Part shown: piece after piece, positions 37,720-46,074 of the stretch | How positions within the stretch are numbered: position 1 is the stretch's first letter | Layout: every line of letters starts with the position of its first letter | Assembly (NCBI GenBank): GCA_964355795.1 | Contig: CAYHEQ010000001.1 | Span: forward strand, 9,849 to 73,848 | Direction: 5' to 3' | Origin: an uncultured Candidatus Saccharibacteria bacterium | GTDB taxonomy: Bacteria; Patescibacteriota; JACPGU01 | DNA: 64,000 nucleotides | The notes under the pieces: generated by a model | The model's database searches: none | Told to the model about the DNA's origin: nothing | The model's input: only the letters and a program-made list of their open reading frames with translations | Program-made: the position numbers and the translations under genes

Positions 37720-37928
37720 AGCCCACGAGCAGGGTTGAACTGCTGACCTTTTCCTTACCATGCTTGCCCGCCTATGCAAAGCCGTTGTCGAGGGTTGAAC
37801 TCGAGACCTTCACCTTACCATGGTGACGCTCTACCAACTGAGCTACAACGGCATAGGCTTTGGCGGGCGGGGAAATGCTCTACCAACTGCCACCCCTGCG
37901 GGTGGTCACCCGAAGGGTGAAGCTACTC
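37720..37928 (-). pseudogene. Outer tRNA-Thr(GGT) broken by two insertions (37763-37871 and 37890-37920)
   Basis: Removing the inserts restores TAGCTCAGTTGGTAGAGCA-TTTCC-ATGGTAA-GGAAA-...GTTCAACC; the 5' acceptor strand no longer pairs. Confidence 0.78.
37780..37852 (-). tRNA. tRNA-Thr(GGT), nested inside the outer pseudo-tRNA
   Basis: GCCGTTG/CAACGGC acceptor; TCACC-ATGGTAA-GGTGA. Confidence 0.9.
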
Positions 37929-37937
37929 CTTGCCAAA

Positions 37938-38009
37938 AGCCACCTGTCGGGCTCGAACCGACGACCTACCGCTTACAAGGCGGTTGCTCTACCACTGAGC
38001 TAAGGTGGC
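37938..38009 (-). tRNA. tRNA-Thr(TGT)
   Basis: GCCACCT/AGGTGGC acceptor; ACCGC-CTTGTAA-GCGGT; GGTTCGAGCCC. Confidence 0.92.
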
Positions 38010-38015
38010 CCGAAA

Positions 38016-38058
38016 ACCACTGCCTGCCCCGACCATGGCGTCGGGGAGCTAAGGTGGC
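38016..38058 (-). pseudogene. Duplicated 5' fragment of tRNA-Thr(TGT) with a 24-bp hairpin insert
   Basis: accactg[cctgccccgaccatggcgtcgggg]agctaaggtggc. Confidence 0.75.
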
Positions 38059-38072
38059 AAATCTACAAAAAA

Positions 38073-38759
38073 TTATTCCACCCGCAATTCCGCCATTTTT
38101 TCCGTCGCTTCTTTAATCAATTGCTGATAATCCTCATTATCTTTTTCCAAAACTAAAGCTTTCTTGTAGCTATCCAAAGCCTTGTCATACTGCCGTAAAG
38201 CCGCGTAAGATAACCCCAGATTGATATAGCGATGAGGCACCAAACCATTGAGCTGAATAGATCTCTGATACGCCTCTATCGCTTCCACGTATCGCCCTTG
38301 ATTGAAAAGCGCCAAGCCAAGATTGTTGTGAATCAGATCATTGTTTTTGTCATACTTCAAAGCCGTCCTGAAAGCTTCTTTGGCGTCAGCGAAATTTTCC
38401 TGTTCTATATATATAACGCCCAATTTGTTGTAAAGCTTAGGATTTTTCGGATCTTTCTCAATAGTAGAAATTAAAATCTTTTCCGCCTCTGTATGATTTT
38501 TCTGATCGATCAATTCTCCCACTTTTTCCAACACTTCGTCGGCAGAATTGCTTTTCTGTTTGACAAATCTCGGGATGGACTTGCTGGTTTTTTTACTCTT
38601 TTTACCGTTGGTTTCTTCGGAAGCTTCGTATCTATTGAGCTTCGCCTCGCCATTACTATTGCCCCGCCTTTTCAAAAGCTCCTCGGAAACTTCTGGCATT
38701 TTGCGAGCCACAACAAAAACCAACGCCGCCAATGCTACAACTAGAATGATGATTTCCAT
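38073..38759 (-). CDS. Membrane-anchored TPR protein
   Basis: N-terminal TM helix and several TPRs. Confidence 0.85.
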   Translation of the reverse strand: MEIIILVVALAALVFVVARKMPEVSEELLKRRGNSNGEAKLNRYEASEETNGKKSKKTSKSIPRFVKQKSNSADEVLEKVGELIDQKNHTEAEKILISTIEKDPKNPKLYNKLGVIYIEQENFADAKEAFRTALKYDKNNDLIHNNLGLALFNQGRYVEAIEAYQRSIQLNGLVPHRYINLGLSYAALRQYDKALDSYKKALVLEKDNEDYQQLIKEATEKMAELRVE

Positions 38760-38772
38760 ATACTTTTAGTTA

Positions 38773-38883
38773 ATAGCGATGCGAATGATACGAATTTTTC
38801 ATGCGAATATGGCGAATCCCTATGCGAATCCAATTTGCATGAATATTCGTAGATTCGCATGTCATTCGTAGATTAGCATCGCG
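38773..38883. repeat. Gene-less GCGAAT-array palindromic element
   Basis: tagcgatgcgaat...attagcatcgcg. Confidence 0.8.
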
Positions 38884-38884
38884 T

Positions 38885-39727
38885 TTATGAAATGAACAGA
38901 TTCTCAAAAAAAATCCTCTTGGAGGCATTACTCTCCAAGGCGCTTTCCACTTTCAACAGCTTTTCCAAAACCTTGGCTATTCTACCATAAGGCAATGATT
39001 TTTCCAAGTCTCCCCAAGAATCTTTTTCAAAATCCCCCAATTCCCCTATCCCTTGCGTATTCAAAGCCAAATTTCTCAAAACCCAAATCATCATATCAAT
39101 GTCTTTTTGCGGTTCTTCTTTCTCCGCCAGCTCCTTGGCTCTGATTAATTTCAAGAAATCTTTTTCGGATAACAAATCACGGCAAATAGCGATGGCGTTT
39201 CCCCCTTCTTCTCCGTCTGTTGCGGAAAAATCTTCGTAAAAATAGACTGATTGCGCTCGAGACAAAATAGTCTTGGGCATACCGCTCTTATCCCCAGCGG
39301 TTAAGATGATGATAGACTTCGCCGGTGGTTCCTCCAGGGTTTTGAGGAGCGCCTCACAAGCTTCATTGGTCAGCTTCTCCGCATTGTTTATTATCAGAAA
39401 TTTCCACTCGCCCTTGGAGCGAGAAAGATTGATGCCCCTTTGCGCCTCCCGAATATCGTCTATCAAAATATGCTCGTCGCCTTTGTCTATCATATGAGTA
39501 TCAACAAAGGTGCCCGACGAAGCTAGGCGACAATGATGACATTTTCCACAAGGGCTATCCCCCTTCCTTTCTTGACATTGAAAATATTGGGAAAGATATT
39601 TGGCAAAATCTTTCTTCTTTTCGCCCTTTGGACCGTAAAAAATATAGGCGTGAGAAAGCCTCTCTGACTCCAAAGCTTTTTGAAAAAATCCCAATTGTCT
39701 CGGGTATTCTTCTTTAATATCCACCAT
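38885..39727 (-). CDS. holB: DNA polymerase III delta' subunit
   Basis: RLSHAYIFYGPKG, PCGKCHHC, ALLKTLEEPP, TILSR. Confidence 0.9.
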   Translation of the reverse strand: MVDIKEEYPRQLGFFQKALESERLSHAYIFYGPKGEKKKDFAKYLSQYFQCQERKGDSPCGKCHHCRLASSGTFVDTHMIDKGDEHILIDDIREAQRGINLSRSKGEWKFLIINNAEKLTNEACEALLKTLEEPPAKSIIILTAGDKSGMPKTILSRAQSVYFYEDFSATDGEEGGNAIAICRDLLSEKDFLKLIRAKELAEKEEPQKDIDMMIWVLRNLALNTQGIGELGDFEKDSWGDLEKSLPYGRIAKVLEKLLKVESALESNASKRIFFENLFIS

Positions 39728-39771
39728 AGAAGATTATTATACCATTTCTCCAAATATGGTATACTAGGTTC

Positions 39772-39857
39772 TACGGATTACAGATAGTACAGATGTACGG
39801 ATAATGCAAACATATCCTATCTGTAATCTGTAAATCCGTATTATCCGTAATCCGTAG
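39772..39857. repeat. TACGGAT/ATCCGTA palindromic array
   Basis: ctacggattacagat...atccgtaatccgtag; half-array at 1933-1970. Confidence 0.7.
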
Positions 39858-39860
39858 AGT

Positions 39861-40178
39861 ATGAAATTTGAAGACAAAGAATTAGAATGCCAAGATTGCG
39901 GAGCCAAATTCACTTGGGATGCTTCCGAACAAGCTTATTTTGCCAAAAAAGGCTTCAAAGAAGTTCCTCGCCGTTGTCGCGCCTGTCGAGCGAAAAAGAA
40001 AATTGAAAAGGAAGCCGAAGAGGCTAAGGAAAAAGAAATCACCTGCGCTATTTGCGGAGTCAAATCAGTATCAACGCACGAGATAGCTCCGGATGAAGAA
40101 ACGATATGTATGGACTGCGTTCTGAAAGAACAAATGGAGCCAACTGTTGCCCCTCCGCTAGAAACCCCAGCAACCTAG
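39861..40178 (+). CDS. Zinc-ribbon / CxxC-x17-CxxC protein
   Basis: FEDKELECQDCGAKFTW...EQ..F..KGF...PRRCRACR. Confidence 0.85.
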   Translation: MKFEDKELECQDCGAKFTWDASEQAYFAKKGFKEVPRRCRACRAKKKIEKEAEEAKEKEITCAICGVKSVSTHEIAPDEETICMDCVLKEQMEPTVAPPLETPAT

Positions 40179-40192
40179 AACCGACCTAGAAC

Positions 40193-40224
40193 AAAAAAGA
40201 GATTCCTAACGGAATTTCTTTTTT
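40193..40224. terminator. Bidirectional terminator between convergent genes
   Basis: aaaaaaagagattcc-taac-ggaatttctttttt. Confidence 0.65.
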
Positions 40225-40271
40225 CATACTATCATTTTTCTCACCAGAGATTAGAAGCTAAAAACTGAAAA

Positions 40272-40460
40272 CTATAAACTAATTTTCCCCTTGCTTTTCA
40301 TACACTTCGTACACAGCTTCACGCGAATCTTCTTCCCGCGGATTATTAGGCTGGTTGGCTGAATATTGGCGTTGAAAACTCTTCTCGTATGACGATTGGA
40401 GTGACTAACGTTATTGCCGGTCGTTCTCGTTTTTCCGCATGCTTGACACATCTTTGACAT
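40272..40460 (-). CDS. rpmB: 50S ribosomal protein L28
   Basis: MSKMCQACGK...GNNVSHSNRHTRRVFNANIQ...LCTKCMK. Confidence 0.95.
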   Translation of the reverse strand: MSKMCQACGKTRTTGNNVSHSNRHTRRVFNANIQPTSLIIRGKKIRVKLCTKCMKSKGKISL

Positions 40461-40559
40461 TGTTGTTTCCCTCAAGTAATATGGATAATAGAAATGTAAC
40501 TTAGTTATTTTATCAAAAAGATTTGCTTTTGGCAAGAAGGAAAGGCAAAGGAAAGATAT

Positions 40560-41246
40560 ATGTTGCTCCTCAATCTATTCTCCCAGCCTCTTGACCTCGC
40601 GGCGGTTTTGATCGCCATCGTCATCGGTCTGACTGTCCACGAATTTGCTCACGCTTGGATGGCGGCTCGCCTCGGCGACTTGACCGCCAAATACGCGGGA
40701 AGATTATCTTTGAATCCTTCGCGTCATTTTGATTTCACCGGCACATTATTTTTGCTTTTGGTCGGCTTTGGTTGGGGCAAGCCAGTGCCGATCAATCCCA
40801 ACGCTCTGCACGGTCGCTACGCTGAACTCAAAGTTTCCTTGGCTGGACCTTTTTCTAATATTTTAATGGCGCTCATTTGCTCCATCCCTATCGCTATCGC
40901 CTTGGGACTCGGCCTCTCTTACGAAGCTAATATCTATCTGCATTTCATTAGGGTTATCGCGGAGATCAATGTTTTCTTTGCCGCCTTCAATCTCTTACCT
41001 ATCTTTCCGCTGGATGGATCGGCCATCATCAAAGCTCTCGCGCCTCGCTCTTGGCATTATAAATTAGCCGATTGGGAGAGATCCGGTATCATCATTCTTT
41101 TTGGCATCCTTTTTGTGGAAATGGTCTTTCGCATCAATATCCTTTTTCCTTTTATTTATGCAATCAGCAGATTTTTTCTTTTCATTATCGCTTTTGTTTT
41201 GCAACCATTTTCGTATCTCTCCGCATATCTCTCTTCCCTATTTTAA
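40560..41246 (+). CDS. Site-2 protease family (M50) metalloprotease
   Basis: HEFAH, GWGKPVP, AGP.SN, FNLLPIFPLDG. Confidence 0.93.
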   Translation: MLLLNLFSQPLDLAAVLIAIVIGLTVHEFAHAWMAARLGDLTAKYAGRLSLNPSRHFDFTGTLFLLLVGFGWGKPVPINPNALHGRYAELKVSLAGPFSNILMALICSIPIAIALGLGLSYEANIYLHFIRVIAEINVFFAAFNLLPIFPLDGSAIIKALAPRSWHYKLADWERSGIIILFGILFVEMVFRINILFPFIYAISRFFLFIIAFVLQPFSYLSAYLSSLF

Positions 41247-41247
41247 T

Positions 41248-41363
41248 CGCGATGCGAATAGCGCAAATTTGAAATGCCGTGCGAATATAACGAATTTTTA
41301 TACTAATAATCTCGTTCGCATAAGATTCGTAGATTCGCATACCATTCGTAGATTAGCATCGCT
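41248..41363. repeat. Gene-less GCGAAT-array palindromic element
   Basis: gcgatgcgaat...attagcatcgc. Confidence 0.8.
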
Positions 41364-41378
41364 TGTGTTGTTAAGTCG

Positions 41379-41407
41379 TTGCACGCGCAAAAAAATTTCA
41401 GTATAAT
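41379..41407 (+). promoter_or_regulatory. Sigma70-type promoter of the ncRNA
   Basis: TTGCAC-17 nt-TATAAT. Confidence 0.6.
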
Positions 41408-41430
41408 CATAATATCCACAGTATCAGACG

Positions 41431-41595
41431 AAACCTGTTCTGTGGATGGGATGAGCTAAGATCGACCTACACTATAATCGAGGGAGTCCAACATAGATAC
41501 TTGCCCGCGATTCGTTCGTAGCATTTATTTGCGGACACCCACCTAGATTTCCTAGGTCATCGATCTTTCTTTCGTCCCATCCATAGAGTAGGTTT
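41431..41595 (+). ncRNA. ssrS: Probable 6S RNA
   Basis: About 165-nt rod with a 24-bp closing stem (41431-41454/41572-41595); GGGAGTCCAAC and ACACCCACC segments recall Firmicutes-type 6S RNA; own promoter. Confidence 0.55.
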
Positions 41596-41638
41596 TTTTA
41601 TTTGAAAAAATCAGGTATAATATTTTTGCTTCTTTTCT

Positions 41639-41709
41639 CGGAGCGTAGCATAATGGTAGTGTGCACGCATGGGGTGCGTGTGGCCCGGGTTCGATTCCCG
41701 GCGTTCCGA
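41639..41709 (+). tRNA. tRNA-Pro(GGG)
   Basis: CGGAGCG/CGTTCCG acceptor; CACGC-ATGGGGT-GCGTG; GGTTCGATTCC. Confidence 0.9.
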
Positions 41710-41738
41710 TTCAATTCGCATATAACTAAATCCATATT

Positions 41739-42332
41739 ATGAAAAGTTACAACAAGGTTAAAGAGCTACCTTTCCAAGAGCTCAAGGGAATTTCTGCCAA
41801 AACGATGGAGGTTCATTTTGGCAAACTTTATCAGGGCTATGTGAAAAAATGGCAAGAGATTCAGGACAAGGTGGCTAACGCCGACCAAGCTTCGGCCAAC
41901 GCCAGCTTCAGCGATTTGCGAGAGCTGAAATTGGAAGAAACCTTCACTGCTGACGCTATTCTCCTCCACGAAGCGTATTTTGACATCTTAGGTGGAGACG
42001 GTAAGCCAAGTGGAAGCATTATGGAGGCGATCGCCAAAGATTTTGGTTCTTTTGAGCAATGGGTAGAAGAATTCAAAGCCCTCGGTCTTTGCGCTCGCGG
42101 TTGGGTTATTCTAGCCTACGACTTCAATGACGGTCGGCTACGAAATTATACCGCCGACGCGCACAATCAAGGCGGTATCTGGGGTTCAGCGCCCATTGTC
42201 GTCCTCGATGTCTATGAACACGCCTACTTCATTGATTTCGGCTCCGACCGCAAAGCCTATATTGAAGCCTATTTTGAAAATCTCAATTGGGAAGCAGTAG
42301 AAAAAAAATGCACTAAGGTTAAAATAAACTAG
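41739..42332 (+). CDS. Fe/Mn superoxide dismutase family protein
   Basis: HFGKLYQGYV, LHEAYF, DFGSFEQW, GWVIL, LDVYEHAYF. Confidence 0.9.
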   Translation: MKSYNKVKELPFQELKGISAKTMEVHFGKLYQGYVKKWQEIQDKVANADQASANASFSDLRELKLEETFTADAILLHEAYFDILGGDGKPSGSIMEAIAKDFGSFEQWVEEFKALGLCARGWVILAYDFNDGRLRNYTADAHNQGGIWGSAPIVVLDVYEHAYFIDFGSDRKAYIEAYFENLNWEAVEKKCTKVKIN

Positions 42333-42380
42333 GTCTTGATGTTTCGTTAGAAATTAGTAATTAGAAATTAGAAATTTATT

Positions 42381-42914
42381 CTATTTGGCATTCATTCTCT
42401 CCGCCAAATAGAATATGGCTATCCCAAAGGCCACTGAAACATTGAGAGATTTGCGCGCCCCTAGCATCGGAATTTCAATAACGACATCGGCCAACCGTTG
42501 CAAGGATTTAGACACTCCCCTAACTTCATTGCCGATGATCAAAGCGATCTTGCCACTCGGTTTGTATTTTTTGTAACCAATCGCATCTTTTGCCTGTTCT
42601 AGGCAAACTATTTGATAACCCTCCCCCTTCAAGCATTTAATGAGCTCCCCTATCGTCTTCACTGGATGAATGTTCTCTTGTGATATTTTTTCTGCGTACT
42701 TCCGCGTAAATTTCCGCGTAGATCCGCGCAAAGTAACCCACGGAACCATATTTTCGGAGCCCAAAGCCACCTTGGCTATCTCTTTCTTCGGCGGACAGCC
42801 TGTATAGCCAGTCAAAAAAATCTTGTCCACCCCCGCCCCCTCCGCGGTACGAAAAATAGACCCCACATTGTGGAGCGAACGAATATTGTGAGCGATAATA
42901 ACGATATTTTTCAT
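42381..42914 (-). CDS. TrmH/SpoU-family RNA methyltransferase
   Basis: HNIRSLHNVGSIFRTA, IGNEVRG, EIPMLG..KSLNVSVA. Confidence 0.92.
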   Translation of the reverse strand: MKNIVIIAHNIRSLHNVGSIFRTAEGAGVDKIFLTGYTGCPPKKEIAKVALGSENMVPWVTLRGSTRKFTRKYAEKISQENIHPVKTIGELIKCLKGEGYQIVCLEQAKDAIGYKKYKPSGKIALIIGNEVRGVSKSLQRLADVVIEIPMLGARKSLNVSVAFGIAIFYLAERMNAK

Positions 42915-42962
42915 ATAACTTCACATAGCATACTCAATAAAACATCCCACCACAACACCACG

Positions 42963-42994
42963 ACATTCTCACATTCGCAAGAATGTGAGAATGT
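42963..42994. repeat. Palindrome ATTCTCACATTC-n4-GAATGTGAGAAT, copy 1 of 3
   Basis: Other copies at 43278-43309 and 45303-45334. Confidence 0.9.
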
Positions 42995-43266
42995 TAAAAT
43001 TGCTTAGTGAAGTTGATAACTTTCTTCCCATAGGGTGAGAGAGAATGAGCCACTGCTCTACCCTGATACTTTTTGTTCAAAAGACCAGCCTGAACTAATC
43101 GCCTTGTGTGTTCGGAGATTGTTTTCATATTACAATTGAGAGCCTCTGCAATCTCATCTAGCGTCATGCCACTTTTCTTATCTATCAGAAAAAGAATGTC
43201 CAGACGCCGATGGTTAGCCGCCCCTTTAAAATATCTCTCTAACTGTTTGGCTGTTTTCATATTCAA
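42994..43266 (-). CDS. ArsR-like winged-HTH protein
   Basis: FKGAANHRRLDIL...TLDEIAEAL...TISEH.RRL..AGL. Confidence 0.85.
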   Translation of the reverse strand: MNMKTAKQLERYFKGAANHRRLDILFLIDKKSGMTLDEIAEALNCNMKTISEHTRRLVQAGLLNKKYQGRAVAHSLSPYGKKVINFTKQF

Positions 43267-43309
43267 ATGATATCACAATATTCTCACATTCTCAAGAATG
43301 TGAGAATAT

Positions 43310-45253
43310 CTAATTTCTGTATATTTTATCTACTAGCCCCAATTTAACAAGACGCGACCTGATAGATCCTTTTGTTCTTTCAAACATGGTTGCAAGATTG
43401 ACGGTAGATTTACCTTCTCTAAAAAGCTTTGTTAATTTTTCATCCTGCGCTTCATCCCATGGCAAGTAAGCGCTTGGATGCTTTTCTCGCATTTCATCAA
43501 GATCAACTTTCTTGTCAGTAATTGCTTTTCGTTCTTCTCCTATCAACATTCTCGCAATTCGTAATTCTTCATATGAATATTTCCCATTAAATTTTTCAAA
43601 AACCGGCGAGAGCCTCATCGTATCAAGCTCTCTAAATGTTGCTTGTATTTGCGAAATATTTTTGGCTAGAGAATCCGAAACCAAACGAGCAAAGACATCA
43701 GCAAGGAGTATTTTCTCCCCTTCTACTAAATGTTCTATGTGATCTAATATCGTTCGCTCGTGGAGAGAACGCACTTTGGCTATTTCAATAATATTTTTGC
43801 CCTCCAACCATAGTTTCAGGGTTTCTTGGTATGTATCTGTTTTCTTTTTCTTGACCTTCAGAGAGTGCTGGTTGTTTTCTGCCAATGGCGTAATATGTCC
43901 GCCACAAGCAATGATAAAGTTTTCATGCGTTTTAACCAATTCTGTCTGATTGACCAAAGAATATCTCCTTTCTACTTCAAAAGATGCCTGGCGAAATGAA
44001 TTATCTTGAGTCAAAACATCCGGACTCACTCGAAAAGCCATTTCATTCCAGCCGAGAAGATGGACACCAGAAAGTCGTCGCACGCGAGAAAGCGCCACAT
44101 ACCCCTGTCCAAATTCAAAAACACCCGAGAGATCCATCACCGCTTCGTCCAAACTCATGCCCTGACTTTTGTGCACAGTAATGGCCCATGCGAGACGCAA
44201 TGGCAGTTGAGTGAGACGCGCGCGCGCTTCACCGCCTACCTCTATCGTCCAATCCATCGGCTTAACGAGAATATGCCTGCCATTTTTTGTTTTAACTACC
44301 GGATGCCCGTTCTCCTCATTAAATGATGCAACTACTCCCAGAGTACCATTGGCAAATCCTTCGCGAGGATTATTTTTTGTGAACATCACCACCGCGCCTT
44401 TTTTCAAATGTAATATCTCCGGCGAAAGACAACCCTTTTTCATTGATGCGACCAATGATTTATGCCCCCTTGAACCCATCGTAAAGGTATGATTGTTGTC
44501 AGTAAGATTCCCCAACATCATATCGTTAATTCGATCCACATCGGCATTATGTGAAAAAAGTTTCGTCATACCATCCGACAACATATCGCGCGTCACTTTT
44601 CTTTCTTTAATATGCTTGAAATGATTTTCGTCAAAATTATTTCGCCTGATAGCCGATAGTAAAGAAAGAAATACAGGATCATCCTGACGATACTGCTCGT
44701 CCAAATAACAAGTAGTTAGCTCCGCTTTTTCCCAAGCAGGCGAAGCGTAAGCAAAAGGACTTTCCTCCTCATCGCCCAAAAATGTCGTTTGCCTATTCAT
44801 ACTTTCATCTTTTCTAACAATAGGCGGGAGCTGAAAAAAATCACCTACCAAAACTATCTGCATACCACCAAATGGTTTTTCTTTGTTTTTGATAGCTCGG
44901 CATACCATATCCACCATAGTAAGCGTTGTCGCCGACAACATAGATACTTCGTCAATGACGAGAACTCGCGCATCCTCAATACGATCGGTAATATATTTGC
45001 TTGAGACAATATCGTTAATATCGCTTTTGCTTAGTTTATCTTTGATGCCAATCCCCGACCACGAATGGATGGTCATCCCGCCAAGATGCGTCGCTGCGAT
45101 ACCTGTTGAAGCTGTAATTGCTGGCTCTATTTTATAAGAACGCAAATACCGCACATATTCATTAACAGTATGTGTCTTGCCACTCCCAGGTTCTCCAGTC
45201 AAAAAAACATTGGCCCCAGATTTCAATATATTCAGAGCTTGATCTTGTGTCAT
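43310..45253 (-). CDS. Pif1-family (SF1B) helicase with C-terminal HTH domains
   Basis: NVFLTGEPGSGKT, TASTGIAA, TIHSWSG, IDEVSM, PFGG.Q...GDFFQLPP, QLPLRLAWAITVHKSQG, YVALSR. Confidence 0.93.
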   Translation of the reverse strand: MTQDQALNILKSGANVFLTGEPGSGKTHTVNEYVRYLRSYKIEPAITASTGIAATHLGGMTIHSWSGIGIKDKLSKSDINDIVSSKYITDRIEDARVLVIDEVSMLSATTLTMVDMVCRAIKNKEKPFGGMQIVLVGDFFQLPPIVRKDESMNRQTTFLGDEEESPFAYASPAWEKAELTTCYLDEQYRQDDPVFLSLLSAIRRNNFDENHFKHIKERKVTRDMLSDGMTKLFSHNADVDRINDMMLGNLTDNNHTFTMGSRGHKSLVASMKKGCLSPEILHLKKGAVVMFTKNNPREGFANGTLGVVASFNEENGHPVVKTKNGRHILVKPMDWTIEVGGEARARLTQLPLRLAWAITVHKSQGMSLDEAVMDLSGVFEFGQGYVALSRVRRLSGVHLLGWNEMAFRVSPDVLTQDNSFRQASFEVERRYSLVNQTELVKTHENFIIACGGHITPLAENNQHSLKVKKKKTDTYQETLKLWLEGKNIIEIAKVRSLHERTILDHIEHLVEGEKILLADVFARLVSDSLAKNISQIQATFRELDTMRLSPVFEKFNGKYSYEELRIARMLIGEERKAITDKKVDLDEMREKHPSAYLPWDEAQDEKLTKLFREGKSTVNLATMFERTKGSIRSRLVKLGLVDKIYRN

Positions 45254-45418
45254 ACGCCACCATTATACACACAACCCCCTCGCAGATAAAGATAAGCAAC
45301 TATCATTCTCACATTCTTGAGAATGTGAGAATGAGTTGTAAAATAACAAAAACGAAAAGATACGCGTGGGCGAGTGAGCAATGTGATATAATTATTACAA
45401 CTAAAACTAAGAGGCTCT

Positions 45419-45883
45419 ATGAACAAAAAAACATTTTGGATTTTGGTTTTTTTCATCCTCCTCTCCCTCATCGGATTGGCAGACTCTATTTACTTAACTT
45501 ACGAACATTATACGGGAGCGCCTCTGGTTTGTATTATAACCCAAGGTTGCGATACCGTCACCACCTCCCCCCAAGCCTATATTTTTGGCGTCTATATCGC
45601 CATTTATGGCGTTATCTATTATTCTCTGATTTTCTTTTTGAGCTTGATGGCAATTACCACCAATTACGCGCGAAGCGCAAATTTCTATAAATTTCTTATC
45701 TTTCTAACCCCCCTCGGTTTCCTCGCCTCTCTCTATTTCCTCTACCTCCAAGCCTTCGTTATTGGCACTTTCTGTACCTGGTGCCTCATCTCGGCTATTG
45801 ATTCAACCCTGCTCTTCATATTGGGACTATATTTAGCAAACGATAACCACCGTAGCCATATTTTCGTGGAAGATAAGCTCTAA
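45419..45883 (+). CDS. Vitamin K epoxide reductase (VKOR) family protein
   Basis: C.....CDTV.TS, Q.FVI..FCTWCL. Confidence 0.9.
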   Translation: MNKKTFWILVFFILLSLIGLADSIYLTYEHYTGAPLVCIITQGCDTVTTSPQAYIFGVYIAIYGVIYYSLIFFLSLMAITTNYARSANFYKFLIFLTPLGFLASLYFLYLQAFVIGTFCTWCLISAIDSTLLFILGLYLANDNHRSHIFVEDKL

Positions 45884-46074
45884 TTTCTTATTTTCTTAAT
45901 TTTTTATTTTCTTAGCCCTACCGTTTTCCACAAGAAAACTCCCCTTGCGTAAAATCCTTATCGGGTTAAAATGAGAGAGAACACCAGCAATTTGGTAATT
46001 TGTTGTAATTGAGTAACTGATTGCAATTAATTACTATAAATTAGCATCAGTTACCACCAATTACCCGAATCCCC

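Noticed and set aside
36704-37920. Group I/II or canonical archaeal-type tRNA introns
   Set aside because: Inserts are too short for ribozymes, lie at varied positions including the D arm, and most broken copies lack a complete other half; non-canonical splicing is left open in the findings
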